Shown one piece after another: positions 11,801-23,924 of a stretch of DNA of 64,000 nucleotides. This DNA is from Bispira polyomma (taxonomy: Eukaryota). Each line of letters opens with the position of its first letter. Within the stretch, counting starts at the first letter, position 1. The position numbers and the translations under genes were made by a program. The notes under the pieces were generated by a model. It saw nothing but the letters and a program-made list of their open reading frames with translations, did no database searches and was not told where the DNA came from. The DNA lies in the NCBI GenBank assembly GCA_965649765.1, contig OZ287749.1, positions 310,001 through 374,000 on the forward strand, in the 5' to 3' direction.

Positions 11801-13317
11801 CAGTGGTATGCTTTGATGTAAGTTCTGAATTGAGCAATTTACCTTTGACACACTGTTGTGTATACTCTCCTATTCCGATAACAGAGGTTCAACTGTATGT
11901 ATTTGGTGAATCTTCCTGTCTCTGAACACTGGTGAACTTGTTTGTGATTGTTCTTTTATATTTTTGTATAGCATGGCGAGTGACCAAGATTTATCAGCCA
12001 GACAAGATGATGGTGGTGGGGTGCAAAGAAAACCAACCTGTGAAATCCAACGGTGCCCTTTTTGCCCTGTAACAACAACATCTTTAAACAGACATCTACG
12101 CTTGGTGCACAGTGTAACAAATGCAAAGAAGCCTTCGAAAATTAGCGTTCAGAAGAAGATGGCATGTAATTTGTGTCAAAGGGAAGTTTCCCAATTCCCA
12201 TCTCACATCAAAACATACCACAGAATAAGCCGACAGTCGAGTTTCTATAAACACATACTGCAGCTCTCCAGATATGCATTCAATGTGAAGACAATGTCGC
12301 ATCTTCGGTCGGCGCCAATGAGAGGGAGTCTGAGAATGAAGCAATGCTAAGAAACTTTGTGAAGCACCTGGTGAGCGTGGATGGTGGCTTTAGAAGTGAA
12401 GACTCTGCGGAAAACCAACGACGCCAGCTGAGCCACATATTAACCAATTCAGGGATGCAGATCATTCAAGATCTGAGCCCACTTATGCAGGAGGGAGGAT
12501 ACCTACAGCGCCAATGGAATGTCCTAATGCTGGAAAAAGGCCATGACGGGTCGGGACGTTGAAGTCGTATATGTATTCCATAAAACTGTTTCTGGACTAT
12601 TGTAAATATGAGGGGAAATACGTCAGTGCTGAGAAATGTGAGCAAGGGCTCACAAAAGTATCTCGATGGATAGATTCTCTGAAAGAAGAAACAAAAAAAA
12701 GTAGAGTAGAGCTTCACGAAGAAGAGGACGAAATGTTAGTCTCGCCCGAGGACATTAAACTATTTTAAACATGTGCCAGTCATCAAGGTGGTTGGACTCC
12801 TCCAGTCAATACAAAGGGCAAAGACAGCCAGCACGATAGACCAATCCAGTGTGTCAGCCATTCGGAATGACATTATCCTGTGGATATTGTTGGAAAACGG
12901 TCAGAGGTCTGGGGCAATTGTTAATGCCACCCTTGCTGATTTTGATGGAGCTAAAATGATTGATGATCAATGGGTAATATGTGTCAAGAATCATAAGACA
13001 TATTCCACATATGGGTCATGTAATATTGTCTTGTCAAAAGAAATACACCAACAGCTGCGTACTTGGACTACTCAAATACGGCCCATGCTCAGTGACAAAG
13101 TACCTGAAGAAGACAGAGATGACGCGGACAACACGAGGCTGTTCATTAGTTTCAATGGAACGTCACTGAAGGAGCACAACCATGCGACACAACTGACCCG
13201 AACAGGCACTGGGGGTCAGCAATGTGACAGCCACCACGATAAGAAAAAGCCTTGTTGTGATGGTAAGCCTATCATATTATTGTACAAGAAAAACTACTAA
13301 ATCCCTTTTAGGTAATA

Positions 13318-13503
13318 CAGTAGAGCCTCTATTATCCGACCATGTTTGGAGAGTACGATTTTGTTCGGATAATAGAACTTTCATTAAATATAAAAGGCAT
13401 TGTAGTGGAAAACAAAAGGAAAATATGCATTTGGGAGAGCCGAAATGTCTTTATAAAATAGAATATTTGGATAATAGAAGTTCAGATAATAGAGTTTCTA
13501 CTG
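13318..13503. mobile_element. Tc1/pogo-type MITE in intron
   Basis: TIRs CAGTAGAGCCTCTATTATC / GATAATAGAGTTTCTACTG flanked by TA. Confidence 0.85.
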
Positions 13504-13897
13504 TATATGTATAAAAATAGAGTAATATATGTAGTACTGGTATGTTCTTAAGTGAGTGACTGTCTACTTCAGCATTTTTGTAACATCTGATAGCTCTTTG
13601 CATTGCCATAAAACTTTACAGTTACAGGAAACAGGCACCAGTGAACACCAGATGTGCGAAGTAGCTGACCACTTCACTCATTCGCGGAACACACAGCAAA
13701 GACACTACAATGTGAGAAAATCGATTCAAACATCACACAGGGCCACTTCTGCAATTAAAAGTCTATCAAAGGTAAGCCCTTCTTCATGAATTTATACACG
13801 CATATTGAATGGCAATAATAAATTTCATTTATAGTGGTTATACATGTACTGCAAGTAACACCAATGTGTACTATTTCACCATTGTAACAATTGTGTT

Positions 13898-14080
13898 GGG
13901 GGCTGTGGTGGCCTAGTGGTTAGTAAGCATTGCGCTTCACAATCACTGGTCTCTCATCTCTGGGATCGGCTGACATGGGTTCGACTCCCGTCAATGCCTA
14001 TGTGAGAAAGATGGGAGTTCCATATTGTGGGCCGCTAGTTTCAGTGCAAAATCTTGATCACCTCTATGCAGTGTATTTCT
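13898..14080 (+). mobile_element. tRNA-derived SINE (family 1)
   Basis: A box TGGCCTAGTGG, B box GGTTCGACTCC; homologous to the copy at 47905-48150. Confidence 0.85.
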
Positions 14081-14159
14081 TTTGACAAGAGAATTGTTTT
14101 AATGTCTTACACAGCTGAGTACATCAAAAGATCCCTCATCATTGCCAACTACGATGGAT

Positions 14160-14680
14160 CCCAGTAAAGAGCCAGGGACTGGTGTCTGGACACTGCAGTC
14201 CCAAGAATCAATGAGTCATGCAAGCCAGGCCACCACATCGAAAGATCTCACATCACCCAGCCCGACAGTCAGAGGGGAACCTTTGACTGATTTGCTTCAG
14301 GAAGTTGGTACTGGTGTCTGGACACTGGGGTGTGAAGAATCTTTGAGTCACGCAAGCCAGGCCACTACATCGAAAGATCTCACATCGCCCAGCCCGACAG
14401 TCAGAGGGGAATTTTTGACTGATTTGGAAACCGGCACTGCTTTAGGGACACTGGGGTGTACAGAATCTTTGAGTCATGCAAGCCAGGCCACTACATCGAC
14501 TACATCAAAAGATCTGGCATCACTCAGCCAGACAGTCAGAGAGGAACCTTCGACTGATTTGGTTCAGGAAGTCGACACTGGTGTCTGGACACTGGAGTGT
14601 AAAGAATCTTTGAGCCACTACATTGAAAGATCTCACATCACCCAGGCAGACAGTCAGAGGGGAATTTTTGACTGATTTGC
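14160..14680 (+). repeat. Coding tandem repeat (~115-125 bp units, ~4 copies)
   Basis: Repeated peptide GTGVWTL..ESLSHASQATTSKDLTSPSPTVRGE. Confidence 0.85.
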
Positions 14681-15700
14681 CCTATACATACATGTTATTT
14701 GGTAGTCATACACTGTATATTGATTACACAAGAAAATATATTAATTTCAGTGACGGACACCAAATACGGGCATTCCTCTTAATGGAGACATGGTGCTTAA
14801 GATCACCAAATCAGGTGTACCTTAGTACCTTTGCCCTAAACATAACTTTGACATTTGGAAGTCATACAGTGTATATTGATTACACAAGAAATATATTGAA
14901 TTTCAGTTACGGACACTAAATACGGGCATTCCTCCTTGTGGAGACATGGTCCTTAAGCTCATTAAATCATGTGTACCTATGTCTTGAAAAATACATATGA
15001 CATTTGGTAGTCATACAGTGTATATGTACTATACAAGAAAATATATTAAAATTTTAGTTACAGATACTAAATACGGGCATTCCTCTTCATGGAGACATGG
15101 TGCTTAAGCTCACCAAATCATGTGTACCTATGCCCTGAAAAATACATGTGACATTTGGAAGTCATACAGTGTATATTGATTACACAAGAAAATACATCAA
15201 TATTTTGTCACGGACACCAAAGACGGTCATACCAATCAATAGCGATGGTCCTTAAGCTCACCAAATCATGTGTACCTATGCCTTAAACATACACATGACA
15301 TTTGGTAGTCATTCAGTTTATATTGATTACACAAGAAAATATATCAATATTTTGTCACGGACACCAAAGACGATCATACCAATCAATAGAGATGGTCCTT
15401 AAGCTCACCAAATCACGTGTACCTATGCCCTAAACATGCATATGACCTTTGGTAGTCATACACTGTATATTGATTACACAAGAAAATATATTAATTTTCA
15501 GTTACGGACACCAAATATGAGCATTCCTCTTCATGGAGACATGGTCCTTAAGCTCACCAAATCATGTGTACCTATTCCCTAAACATGCATATGACATTTG
15601 GTAGTCATACACTGTATATTGATTACACAAAAAAATATATTAATTTTTAGTTATGGACACCAAATACCAGCTTTCGTCTTTATGGAAACACTCCTTAAGC
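14681..15700. repeat. ~120-bp tandem array, ~8 copies
   Basis: gacatttggtagtcatacactgtatattgattacacaagaaaatata...ggacaccaaa...atggtccttaagctcaccaaatcatgtgtacc repeated; remnant at ~27830-27885. Confidence 0.9.
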
Positions 15701-15702
15701 TT

Positions 15703-15960
15703 GGCCATCTTGGATTTTGAAACAAGGCCATAATTCACTATAAGGTGCGTTTTTATGAGTCGCTTCCACACAAAAAGTTTGGCAGCCCAATATGCAATTA
15801 ACATGTACAAAAAAAATAGCCGAGCAAATTTTAACTCGAAAGGCCGCGGCGGCCATCTTGGATTTTGAAACCGGATATTTAAATGAAAAATTAGATCACT
15901 ATAGTAAATACATGTAGCAAGTTTGGTGTCAATATCTCTTACAGTTTCGGAGATATACCT
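15703..15960. mobile_element. Probable non-autonomous DNA element fragment
   Basis: Twice GGCCATCTTGGATTTTGAAA plus AAGTTTGGTGTCAATATCTC...AGTTTCGGAGAT, motifs common in invertebrate non-autonomous elements. Confidence 0.4.
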
Positions 15961-16090
15961 ATATATATATAAATAAATATAAATACTGTAGGTTAGTGAG
16001 ATTGGGAAAATCTCCTATTATCACCCATATGTTATAAGTGTAAAAATTATGCTATAAAACCTAAAAAATCCCATATTTATCTATTTCCAG

Positions 16091-18270
16091 GAAGTGCATG
16101 CTGAGCCTCCCTGTAAGAGACAAATTTTTGTCTCTGATCAAGCATCCAGCACATTTAGCGGTTTGGCAGCAAGTCAGCCAGTGGCGTTCACTGTGAAAGA
16201 AGTCAGGAAGATACCAGAGCTACAAAAGGAGTCTAAAGCTCCACTGATGGTTGGTGAAAATGTGGATCAGCCAGAGCAAAGTGTAGCACTGGTACCACAG
16301 GGTAATGTTACCCCACCCAGGCCTCTTCATGGTGATATGTCTGGAAGGGTCCAGCGCGAGGATGAGGTATGGAGACAATGCTTTAATTAAATGTATATAT
16401 TTCAGGTATAACATATAGTGTGATTTTTCCACAAAGATTATTTCCAAGATTTGGTGTGTGTAGATTGTTTAAATTTGCAGGAAAAGACAGGGAAATGTAG
16501 TCTCTTGTTTTGTATTTTATACAGCTTCATAATTGGTTTTAATTATAGTTATGATGAAACTTTAAGCAGCCAAGGTGTTAATGTAGTGGAGAGTGCAGAT
16601 TTAGCAAACATCTACCACAGATACCTATTCTGTAATTAAAACTTGCACTTTTGTACATGTCTTATTTTAAGGTCATTCTTAAACCAGCCAGGTGGAAAGA
16701 CACACTTTCTGTGGAAGATCATAGGTGGATTTCCAGAGCACTCTTCCGGGTCAATGCAAAAGGAAAGCCTGAGTTTGTTCCTCCCACCAAGATGTGGCAT
16801 TATCCACCTGCTGGCCCACTCCTGTCAAGTCAACCACCGCTGCCTTCCCAGTTCTTTTCACAGGCTCTTCTGGTTTGGATGCCTTACAAGCTGTGGCAGT
16901 ATAAGTTTTACTGTCCTGAACCACAAGGTAACAAGCATCACCTCACCGGAGCATCCTTCCACAGGAGAGCTAGGTAGGTACTTGATATTGACAGGTTCTA
17001 CAGTGTGGTGACAGACAGTTACGTGTACAAAGTGCCATAAGACATTGGTCTGTTGGAACAATATCATCCTCGACCAGCTGGACCCAGCTCATAGAAATGT
17101 TTTTCCTGCCATACTTACCTACAGGTAAGAGAACCTACAGCATTAATCATTTTCATTATTGTTTGTATTTGTTTTTCAAGCTATGTGACAAATCCTTAGA
17201 CAAAGTTTTATTGTATTACCCAAATCTTTTATAATTAAGGTATGAAAAGGAATACAGTTGATGTATGAAGTTTTTCAGGTTTCCACAGAGGTAACTCTTG
17301 AAATAGTAAACTAGAAAAAAAAATAAACTAAGCTATTTCTTTCAGATCTACTTAAAATGCCTTAGCCTTTGTTTATATTGTATGTACTAAATTTTTATGA
17401 ACTAGGTATTCCTGTGATGTACATGTCATTCGGTTGCTACGTGAGCGTACCTTGAGAAATACTCCAACCAGGTTGTTCAAGCAGCTGACTGAGCAGCACA
17501 ATGAGGCATGGCTTGAGAAAGTGCTGAGGTACCTGAATGAGTGTAGCCATTTCATAGGTGTGCTGACATCCCACCAGTTCAGAGAACCACCGGCAAAGCC
17601 CCAGGTCCCATCCTACAAATGGCTGCGTACTGTGTACACCAGGGACATACTCCTCAGATTGGATGAGGTTAAGGCTTCCTTAACCTCAGTGTATGGTAGG
17701 ATCTTAAAATTAGATTCTACTAAGAAGGTAAGTCTATATAGCCATGTGATTTTAGCCCAGGAATACCTCTGTTGGGAATTGATAGAATTTGCTAGATTTA
17801 GTTGGTAATTATAGAACTGTAACATTAACTGTTGATGATTATCAATTTTATAATAAAGTATCCATTTACCAAGTGATTTAAAAAGAGGTACATTATTGCA
17901 ATTACAAGGGTGGTGTATATGTGTGATAATTTTACAGTTTGTTTTCGATAATATGCACCAGTACAGTACAGAAGTTCTTCGCAAAAAGTGGAAAGTGTAA
18001 TGATTTACCAAATGTTATTTAGACTGTTTATTATATTGATCATGTTCATAGCATCTAATACTTGTGCTATATACAGGTGACAAAGAAACTTGCCGGTGCT
18101 GACAAAGACACTGCATTGTGGTGTTCACCTGTCGACAATGAATTTGGCCAAATTCTGATGTGTGTCATGACAGCAGCAGAGGGGTCCGGTCTTGAAGCTT
18201 TGGCTGATGGACTAGTGAACCGGTACCTCCATGCTACAGAAGACCCACCCCTTCTCGTGTATGTCAATTG
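16091..18270 (+). pseudogene. Spliced DUF6729-type putative DDE transposase gene, truncated by LINE insertion
   Basis: Exons 16091-16366, 16672-17124, 17406-17727, 18077-~18270 with matching phases; LLVWMPYKLW..CP, ILDQLDPAHR..FPA, ILKLDSTKK|VTKKLAG, NEFGQIL..V.TAAEG, PPLLVYV; internal TAG at 16975. Confidence 0.65.
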
Positions 18271-18555
18271 GTTAAGTTAAGTTAAAATTTTAGTGCAAAA
18301 ACACCATAGTGTCATACTGCACTATTAAAATTAATAAATACATTAACTAAATATATACAAACAACATTAACATTAAACAAACGAAACAATGACTAGATCA
18401 GAGAATAAAATGCCAAAAATATAAAATATAACAAATAAATACAAAATATAAAGATAACAATACTACAAACAAGACGAGACTATAAAAAAACAAAGAAATC
18501 ACAGAAAACATAATAAATTAACTCTTATTAACAGAATAAATTACTTAACTATAGC

Positions 18556-19721
18556 TTAAAACTTATAAAACAAACCTATTTCCTTTAAATAATTAAAAAC
18601 ACTATTTACATTTGTATGTAACAATTCTTTCAAATTAGTACTACTAAAATGTTTTATTTGAACATCATGTAGGTCGATACAGTCTAATAATATATGCCTG
18701 ACTGTATCAGGACAATGACATGGAATGCACCAGGGTTTATTTTCACCTTTCAACAGATAACTATGTTTAAAATAGATGTGTCCTATACGGGCTCGAGTAA
18801 TAACTATTTCTTCCCTACGAGATAAACCCGTCCAAAAATTAAAATCTCCAACTGTAGGGTTTAGTTGAAATAGTTTGTTATCAGGACACGCATTCCATTG
18901 TGCTTGCCACTTTTGTTTAAAAACACTATTTACATTAACTTTAAAGTCTGTATAGGGGACTTTCAAGTCTAAAAAATGTTAAAATTCAATGCTTGTTTGG
19001 CAAGCTTGTCTGCCACTTCATTGCCCTTAATACCTACATGACTAGGAACCCATGCTAAAACTACTTTTTTGTTCACTGACAAACACTGATTAAAAACCTT
19101 TAAAATATCCTGTAAATAGGGATGATCACAGTTATTGCCATCAATGGCTTTCAGACTAGATAGAGAGTCAGTGAATACAACAAACTTTAACCCCTCACAA
19201 TGTCTAATAATGTTAAATGCCATTTTCAGAGCCTGCAATTTGGCTGTGAATATGCTAGCATTGCCAGGTAATCTAACTTGGGCACTGAGGCCATTTGATG
19301 TTGCTGCTGCAGCTACTTTGTTTTTATCTTTAGAACCATCAGTATATATTGCCCTGTGATCAGAATAACAATTGATCAACTGGCTAAAGAGACTTTGAAA
19401 TAAATAATCGTCTCCTATATGTTTATTATTTTGTGCCAAGTAGTAATCAATGTGTGGTTTTTGTATAGTCCAGGGTGGGTCTTCTGGCAATGACACAGTC
19501 TGAATTAAATCCAACCGAGGATAGACAGCAGCTAAGTCTGCCTTAATACGATGCCCAAATGATCTTATAGCAGATGGTTTATTTTCATACTTATCAATGT
19601 ACTGAGGGTTATATACTACTTCATAGGTTGGATTTTGAGGGTTACTTCTCAACTTTATTGCATACTGAACACACAGTTTATGAAATCTCAGATATAATGG
19701 TGGTTCTTGGCTTCTACATAT
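18556..19721 (-). pseudogene. LINE ORF2 RNase H and C-terminal zinc finger
   Basis: IYTDGSK, FTDSLS, WVPSHVGIKGNEVADKLAK, RARIGH, CIPCHCPDTVRHILLDC. Confidence 0.92.
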
Positions 19722-20648
19722 CAAAAATATGTAAATTTTTGAGGCAAAATGCCTCGAGGCTGTGCAAACATGGATGGAAAGCGTCAAGCTTAAACTCAAC
19801 CCAGATAAAACCGAATTCATCACTATAGGTGAAAACTCGACTCGAGACAGCTGCAAACCATTATTTCCAATCAGTCTACTAAACAACAATATGTCACCAT
19901 CAAGTAAAGTCAAAAACCTTGGTGTTATTTTCGACCAAGAGAACTCTTTCAGTAGTCATGTAGCTAGTGTCTGCCGAGCCTGTTACTACCATCTACGCGA
20001 TCTGTGCAGAATACGCAGGTACCTCAGTCACGAAACTGCGGTGCAAGTGGCTAACGCAATGGTGAGCAGCCGGCTAGACTACTGCAACTCCTTGCTGTAC
20101 GGTATAAATAAGGCCAACATAACAAGGCTCCAAAGAGAAATGCCCTCTGCCGTATTGTGTACAGGCTTAGCAAATTTAGCCATGTCTCACCCTACCTAAA
20201 GAAACTCCATTGACTACCTGTTGAACAGCGCATTCTCTTTAAATACAACCTTCTTGTGTTTAAAGCCATCAAACTCAACCAACCTCCCTATCTCTCCTCA
20301 CTTATCAAATCTAGTAGCCTTACCCAGGAAAAACCGCCTCTCCGTCTTCTCAACCCAACCTAACAGAAAAATCGGTAGGCGCTGTTTTGCCGTTGCAGCT
20401 CCTGTTAAATGGAACAAACTCCCTCATACTGTCAGATCACAGGATAAAATTTCTGGTTTTACAAGCCATCTGAAAACCTACCTTTACAGACTGGCCTACC
20501 CCCCTCCTTAGTCACCCTTCCCTTGGTGGATGCTTTTTGGTAACGACCTTTGCTTGCCCCTTGATTATCCCTTTTTGCATACCAGCGCCTTAGAGGATGT
20601 TTTCATCAATTTGGCGCTATATAAATGGTTCAATTATTCAATTATTAT
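19722..20648 (+). mobile_element. 5'-truncated CR1/L2-clade LINE nested in the I element
   Basis: LKLNPDKTE, VKNLGVIFD, SRLDYCNSLL, HLKTYLY; (ATT)n tail; TSD TACATAT at 19715-19721 and 20649-20655, whose removal restores host frame SLYVEA. Confidence 0.9.
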
Positions 20649-23120
20649 TACATATAAGCTTTGCATTGGAGAAGTCCTGAAGGCTCCTAGACATATTCTT
20701 AAGCCCTGGTTTTGAATGGGTTCCAATTTTCTCAAATAAGACTTACGGGCAGAGCTAAAAACTGCACAACCATATTCCATCCTTGATCTAACAAAAGATG
20801 GATACATCCTTAGTAGTACACTTCTGTCTGCACCCCAATCCATTTTTGACACTACTTTTAATAAATTCATTGCTTTGTCACATTTCTTACGCACATAGTC
20901 AATATGTGCTTTAAAATTCAACTTGTTATCAAGTATAATGCCAAGAAACTTTGTTTGTGTTACTACAGGTATCTGAGTGCCATATAATGTCAATGTAGGA
21001 TCTAGATAAAGTTTTCTTTTGTTACAGAAGTGCATGCATACTGGTTTAGTTTTAGAAAATTTAAAACCACTTTCATCAGCCCATTCTTCAATTTTATTCA
21101 GGCATAGCTGTAATTGTCTCTCTATAGAGGCCATATTATTTGAGCTATATGTTATTGAGAGGTCATCAACAAAGAGAGACTTTTCAAAGTTGGATGGAAT
21201 AATATCGCTTATGCTATTGATTTTTAAAATAAACAAAGCAACAGCAAGGATACTTCCTTGAGGAACACCCATTTCATGATTGTGCATATCTGAATTAACT
21301 GATCCTAGACGAACTTTAAAAACTCTATTGGATAAAAAATTCTGAATAAAAACAGGCATTCTACCACGAAGCCCTGCCTTATACAAATCTCTGGCAACAC
21401 CATATTTCCAAACAGTATCATATGCTTTTTCTAGATCAAAAAATACTGAAACTACATGGTTGCCTTTTAAAAATGAATCTCTAATTAAAGATTCAAGTCG
21501 AACTAATTGGTCTGTTGTTGTTCGACCTTTCTAAAACCACTTTGATGGACACTTAAAATGTTGTTTTTTTCAAGAAACCAAACCAATCTTGCATTAATCA
21601 TTCTTTCCATGGTTTTGCACAAGCAGCTCGTCAAAGATATGGGACGGTAATTAGACGGGTTTTGTGGGTCTTTACCAGGCTTAGGAATGGGTAAAATAGT
21701 TGCTTCTTTTCAGCATTCAGGGATTTCACCAATTATCCATAGTTCATTAAATATGTCTAATAGTACCACAAGTGAATCCCTTGGCAAATGTTTAAGTAAT
21801 TGATAATGTACTTCATCAGGCCCTGTGGCTGTATCATGAGACTTTTTTAATGCATCTATCAATTCTGATATATTGAACTCCATGTTATAATTTTCTTGGT
21901 TTCTTGATGTAATTTTTACTGCTGGAATTTTTGCTTATTTCTTTTGCTATATCTCCTCTTTCTGTTATTTTACTTCCATCAGTATTTACTAGATGTCTTA
22001 CTGTTGTATTATTTTGATTCCCATTTATTTTCCTAAGCATTTCCCATACCTTTTTGGCTGAAGTATTTGTATTTAGTTTCGATATATATTCCTGCCAGGA
22101 GTTTCTTTTAGCTGCTTTAATTACACTCCGAGCCTTAGCCCTGCAGTTTCTATATTCATTTATATTTGCCGATGTTGGATTTATTCGGCATTTATCTAGG
22201 GCTTTCTGACGAGCTTTTTGGACCCTTTTACATTCATCATTAAACCATGGTTTAAAACTACCAGTGGACTGTCCTGAGGATTTAGGTATACTTTTTGTGG
22301 CTGTGTCATTCAATTTACTCAAAAAAACAGGAAACTTGTCACTCAAATTTTGAAATGTATGTCTATTAATTTCAAGTGAGCAATGTAGCTGATATTTTAC
22401 CCAATCAGCCTTTTTAATGTTCCAACGGGGTGCATTGTCTCTTGGTATATTTTTAACTATATGGATTAGAATTGGGAAATGATCACCACCACATTGGTCA
22501 CTGTGAACTTGCCAAGTAAAGTCAAGGAATATTGAACTGGAACATAATGATACATCTATTGCAGTTAAAGATCCTGTAGCTGGATGTAGATATGTAGGAG
22601 AATAGTCATTGAGTAAACAAACACCAGATGAATCTAATATATGCTCAATCTTTTCTCCTCTACTATCACAGTGATTTGAACCCCACAACTCATTATGGGC
22701 ATTAAAGTCACCTATTAATAAAAATGGTTGTGGCAGTTCATTGACTAGAGTATCTAAGTTTTTCTGTGTAACTGTACAACTTGGTGGAATATATATACAA
22801 CATATAGTTATGGTTTTGTGTAGGGATACTTTAACTGCTATGGCTTGTAACTGTGTAGTTAAGGAGATTACTTCATGTGGCACACCTTTTTTAACAAATA
22901 ATGAGCAACCTCCAAATACTCTTCCATTAACTTCTGAAACACTAGTTTTGTAATAGTGATCAAAGCCTCTCAACTTGTAATTATCATTGTCTTTAAAATA
23001 TGTTTCCTGCAAAGCTAAAATGTATGGACTAAAATCAGAAATTAAATGTTTAATTTCTTCAAAATTTGGCTTATAGCCACGACAGTTCCACTGGATAATG
23101 TGTTTTTGGTTTGGTTTCAT
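20649..23120 (-). pseudogene. LINE ORF2 APE endonuclease + reverse transcriptase, disrupted
   Basis: IIQWNCRG, LQET, GDFNAH, GDHFPI; NYRPISLTSC, FFDLEKAYD, GVPQGS, LFVDD, KFLG. Confidence 0.92.
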
Positions 23121-23129
23121 TATTTAATT

Positions 23130-23924
23130 TTATTTACAATTTTGACTCCAGGGTCTTCCTATATTATTTTGTGGTGGTAGGTCAACCATCATTTCATTAT
23201 CTACTTCACCATCGGAGTAAAGAGTATCTTGTTTATTATATTGTTTAATAAGATCATTTGACCCTTTTGAATTTCTATTTCTATTGAGAATTACCTTACT
23301 CTGGTTATTTGTCACTTTGACTGATTCATTTTTTGATTTGGTTGCTTCAGTTTGACATGAAGATGTAACTTTGGTTAAAACTACTTTTGAATCCTTTTCA
23401 TTTGTTGCTTGTGGTAATTTTTTGGGACTTTTTAATGTTTCTGGCCAAGTCATATCTGTCTGAGTTTCTTTGGAGCAAAGTGTCACAGATTTTGTTACTT
23501 TGGCATATGAAGTTTTTACATTATTAAATATTGATATTTGTTTCTTGGCTTCTGTATAAGATATACCTCTTTCAGTTTTGATTTTTTGGATTTCACTTTC
23601 TTCTTTCCATTTTGGGCAAGTTTTGTCGGTAGCTGAATGATTTCCCTCACAATTAATACACTTGGCATCATTTTCGCATTCATGTATATCTGTATGATTC
23701 TCACTACCACATTTTGGGCACACTTCTTTTCTTCTACATGTAAATTTTGTATAACCAAATTTTTGGCATCTGAAGCACCTCATTGGATTTGGAACAAACA
23801 CCGACACAGGCACTCGCAAATGACCCACCCTGATGTATTTTGGTAGAACTTGGCATGCAAAAGTCAATATGAAAGTCCCAGTACGCCTTCTTTCGTCCTC
23901 TCGAAAAATCGTTATTCGGTCCAA
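23130..23924 (-). pseudogene. LINE ORF1 (gag-like zinc knuckles), partial
   Basis: RCFRCQKFGYTKFTC, CPKCGSENH..C, CINCEGNHSA..C. Confidence 0.88.

Larger units (their letters stand above)
11973..14675 (+). pseudogene. Spliced C2H2 zinc finger - tyrosine recombinase gene (Crypton-like), decayed
   Basis: Two CxxC..HxxxH fingers; LVSVDGGFRSEDSAEN core-binding region; catalytic R (ENGQRSGA), K (HKT), TxxR (ATTIRK), H (FTHS), Y (QRHY); phase-0 introns 13263-13621 and 13772-14114 keep the frame; frameshifts near 12290, 12550, 13200 and a stop at 12766. Confidence 0.8.
18271..23924 (-). mobile_element. I-clade (I/Nimb-like) LINE with RNase H, 5'-truncated
   Basis: ORF1 with three CCHC-type knuckles, APE, RT, RNase H, C-terminal CxxC..H..C, and short (TTAAC)n tail. 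Confidence 0.92.

Noticed and set aside
13898-14000. tRNA gene
   Set aside because: A/B boxes are present but there is no clean cloverleaf, and it continues into a body shared with other copies, so it is a SINE
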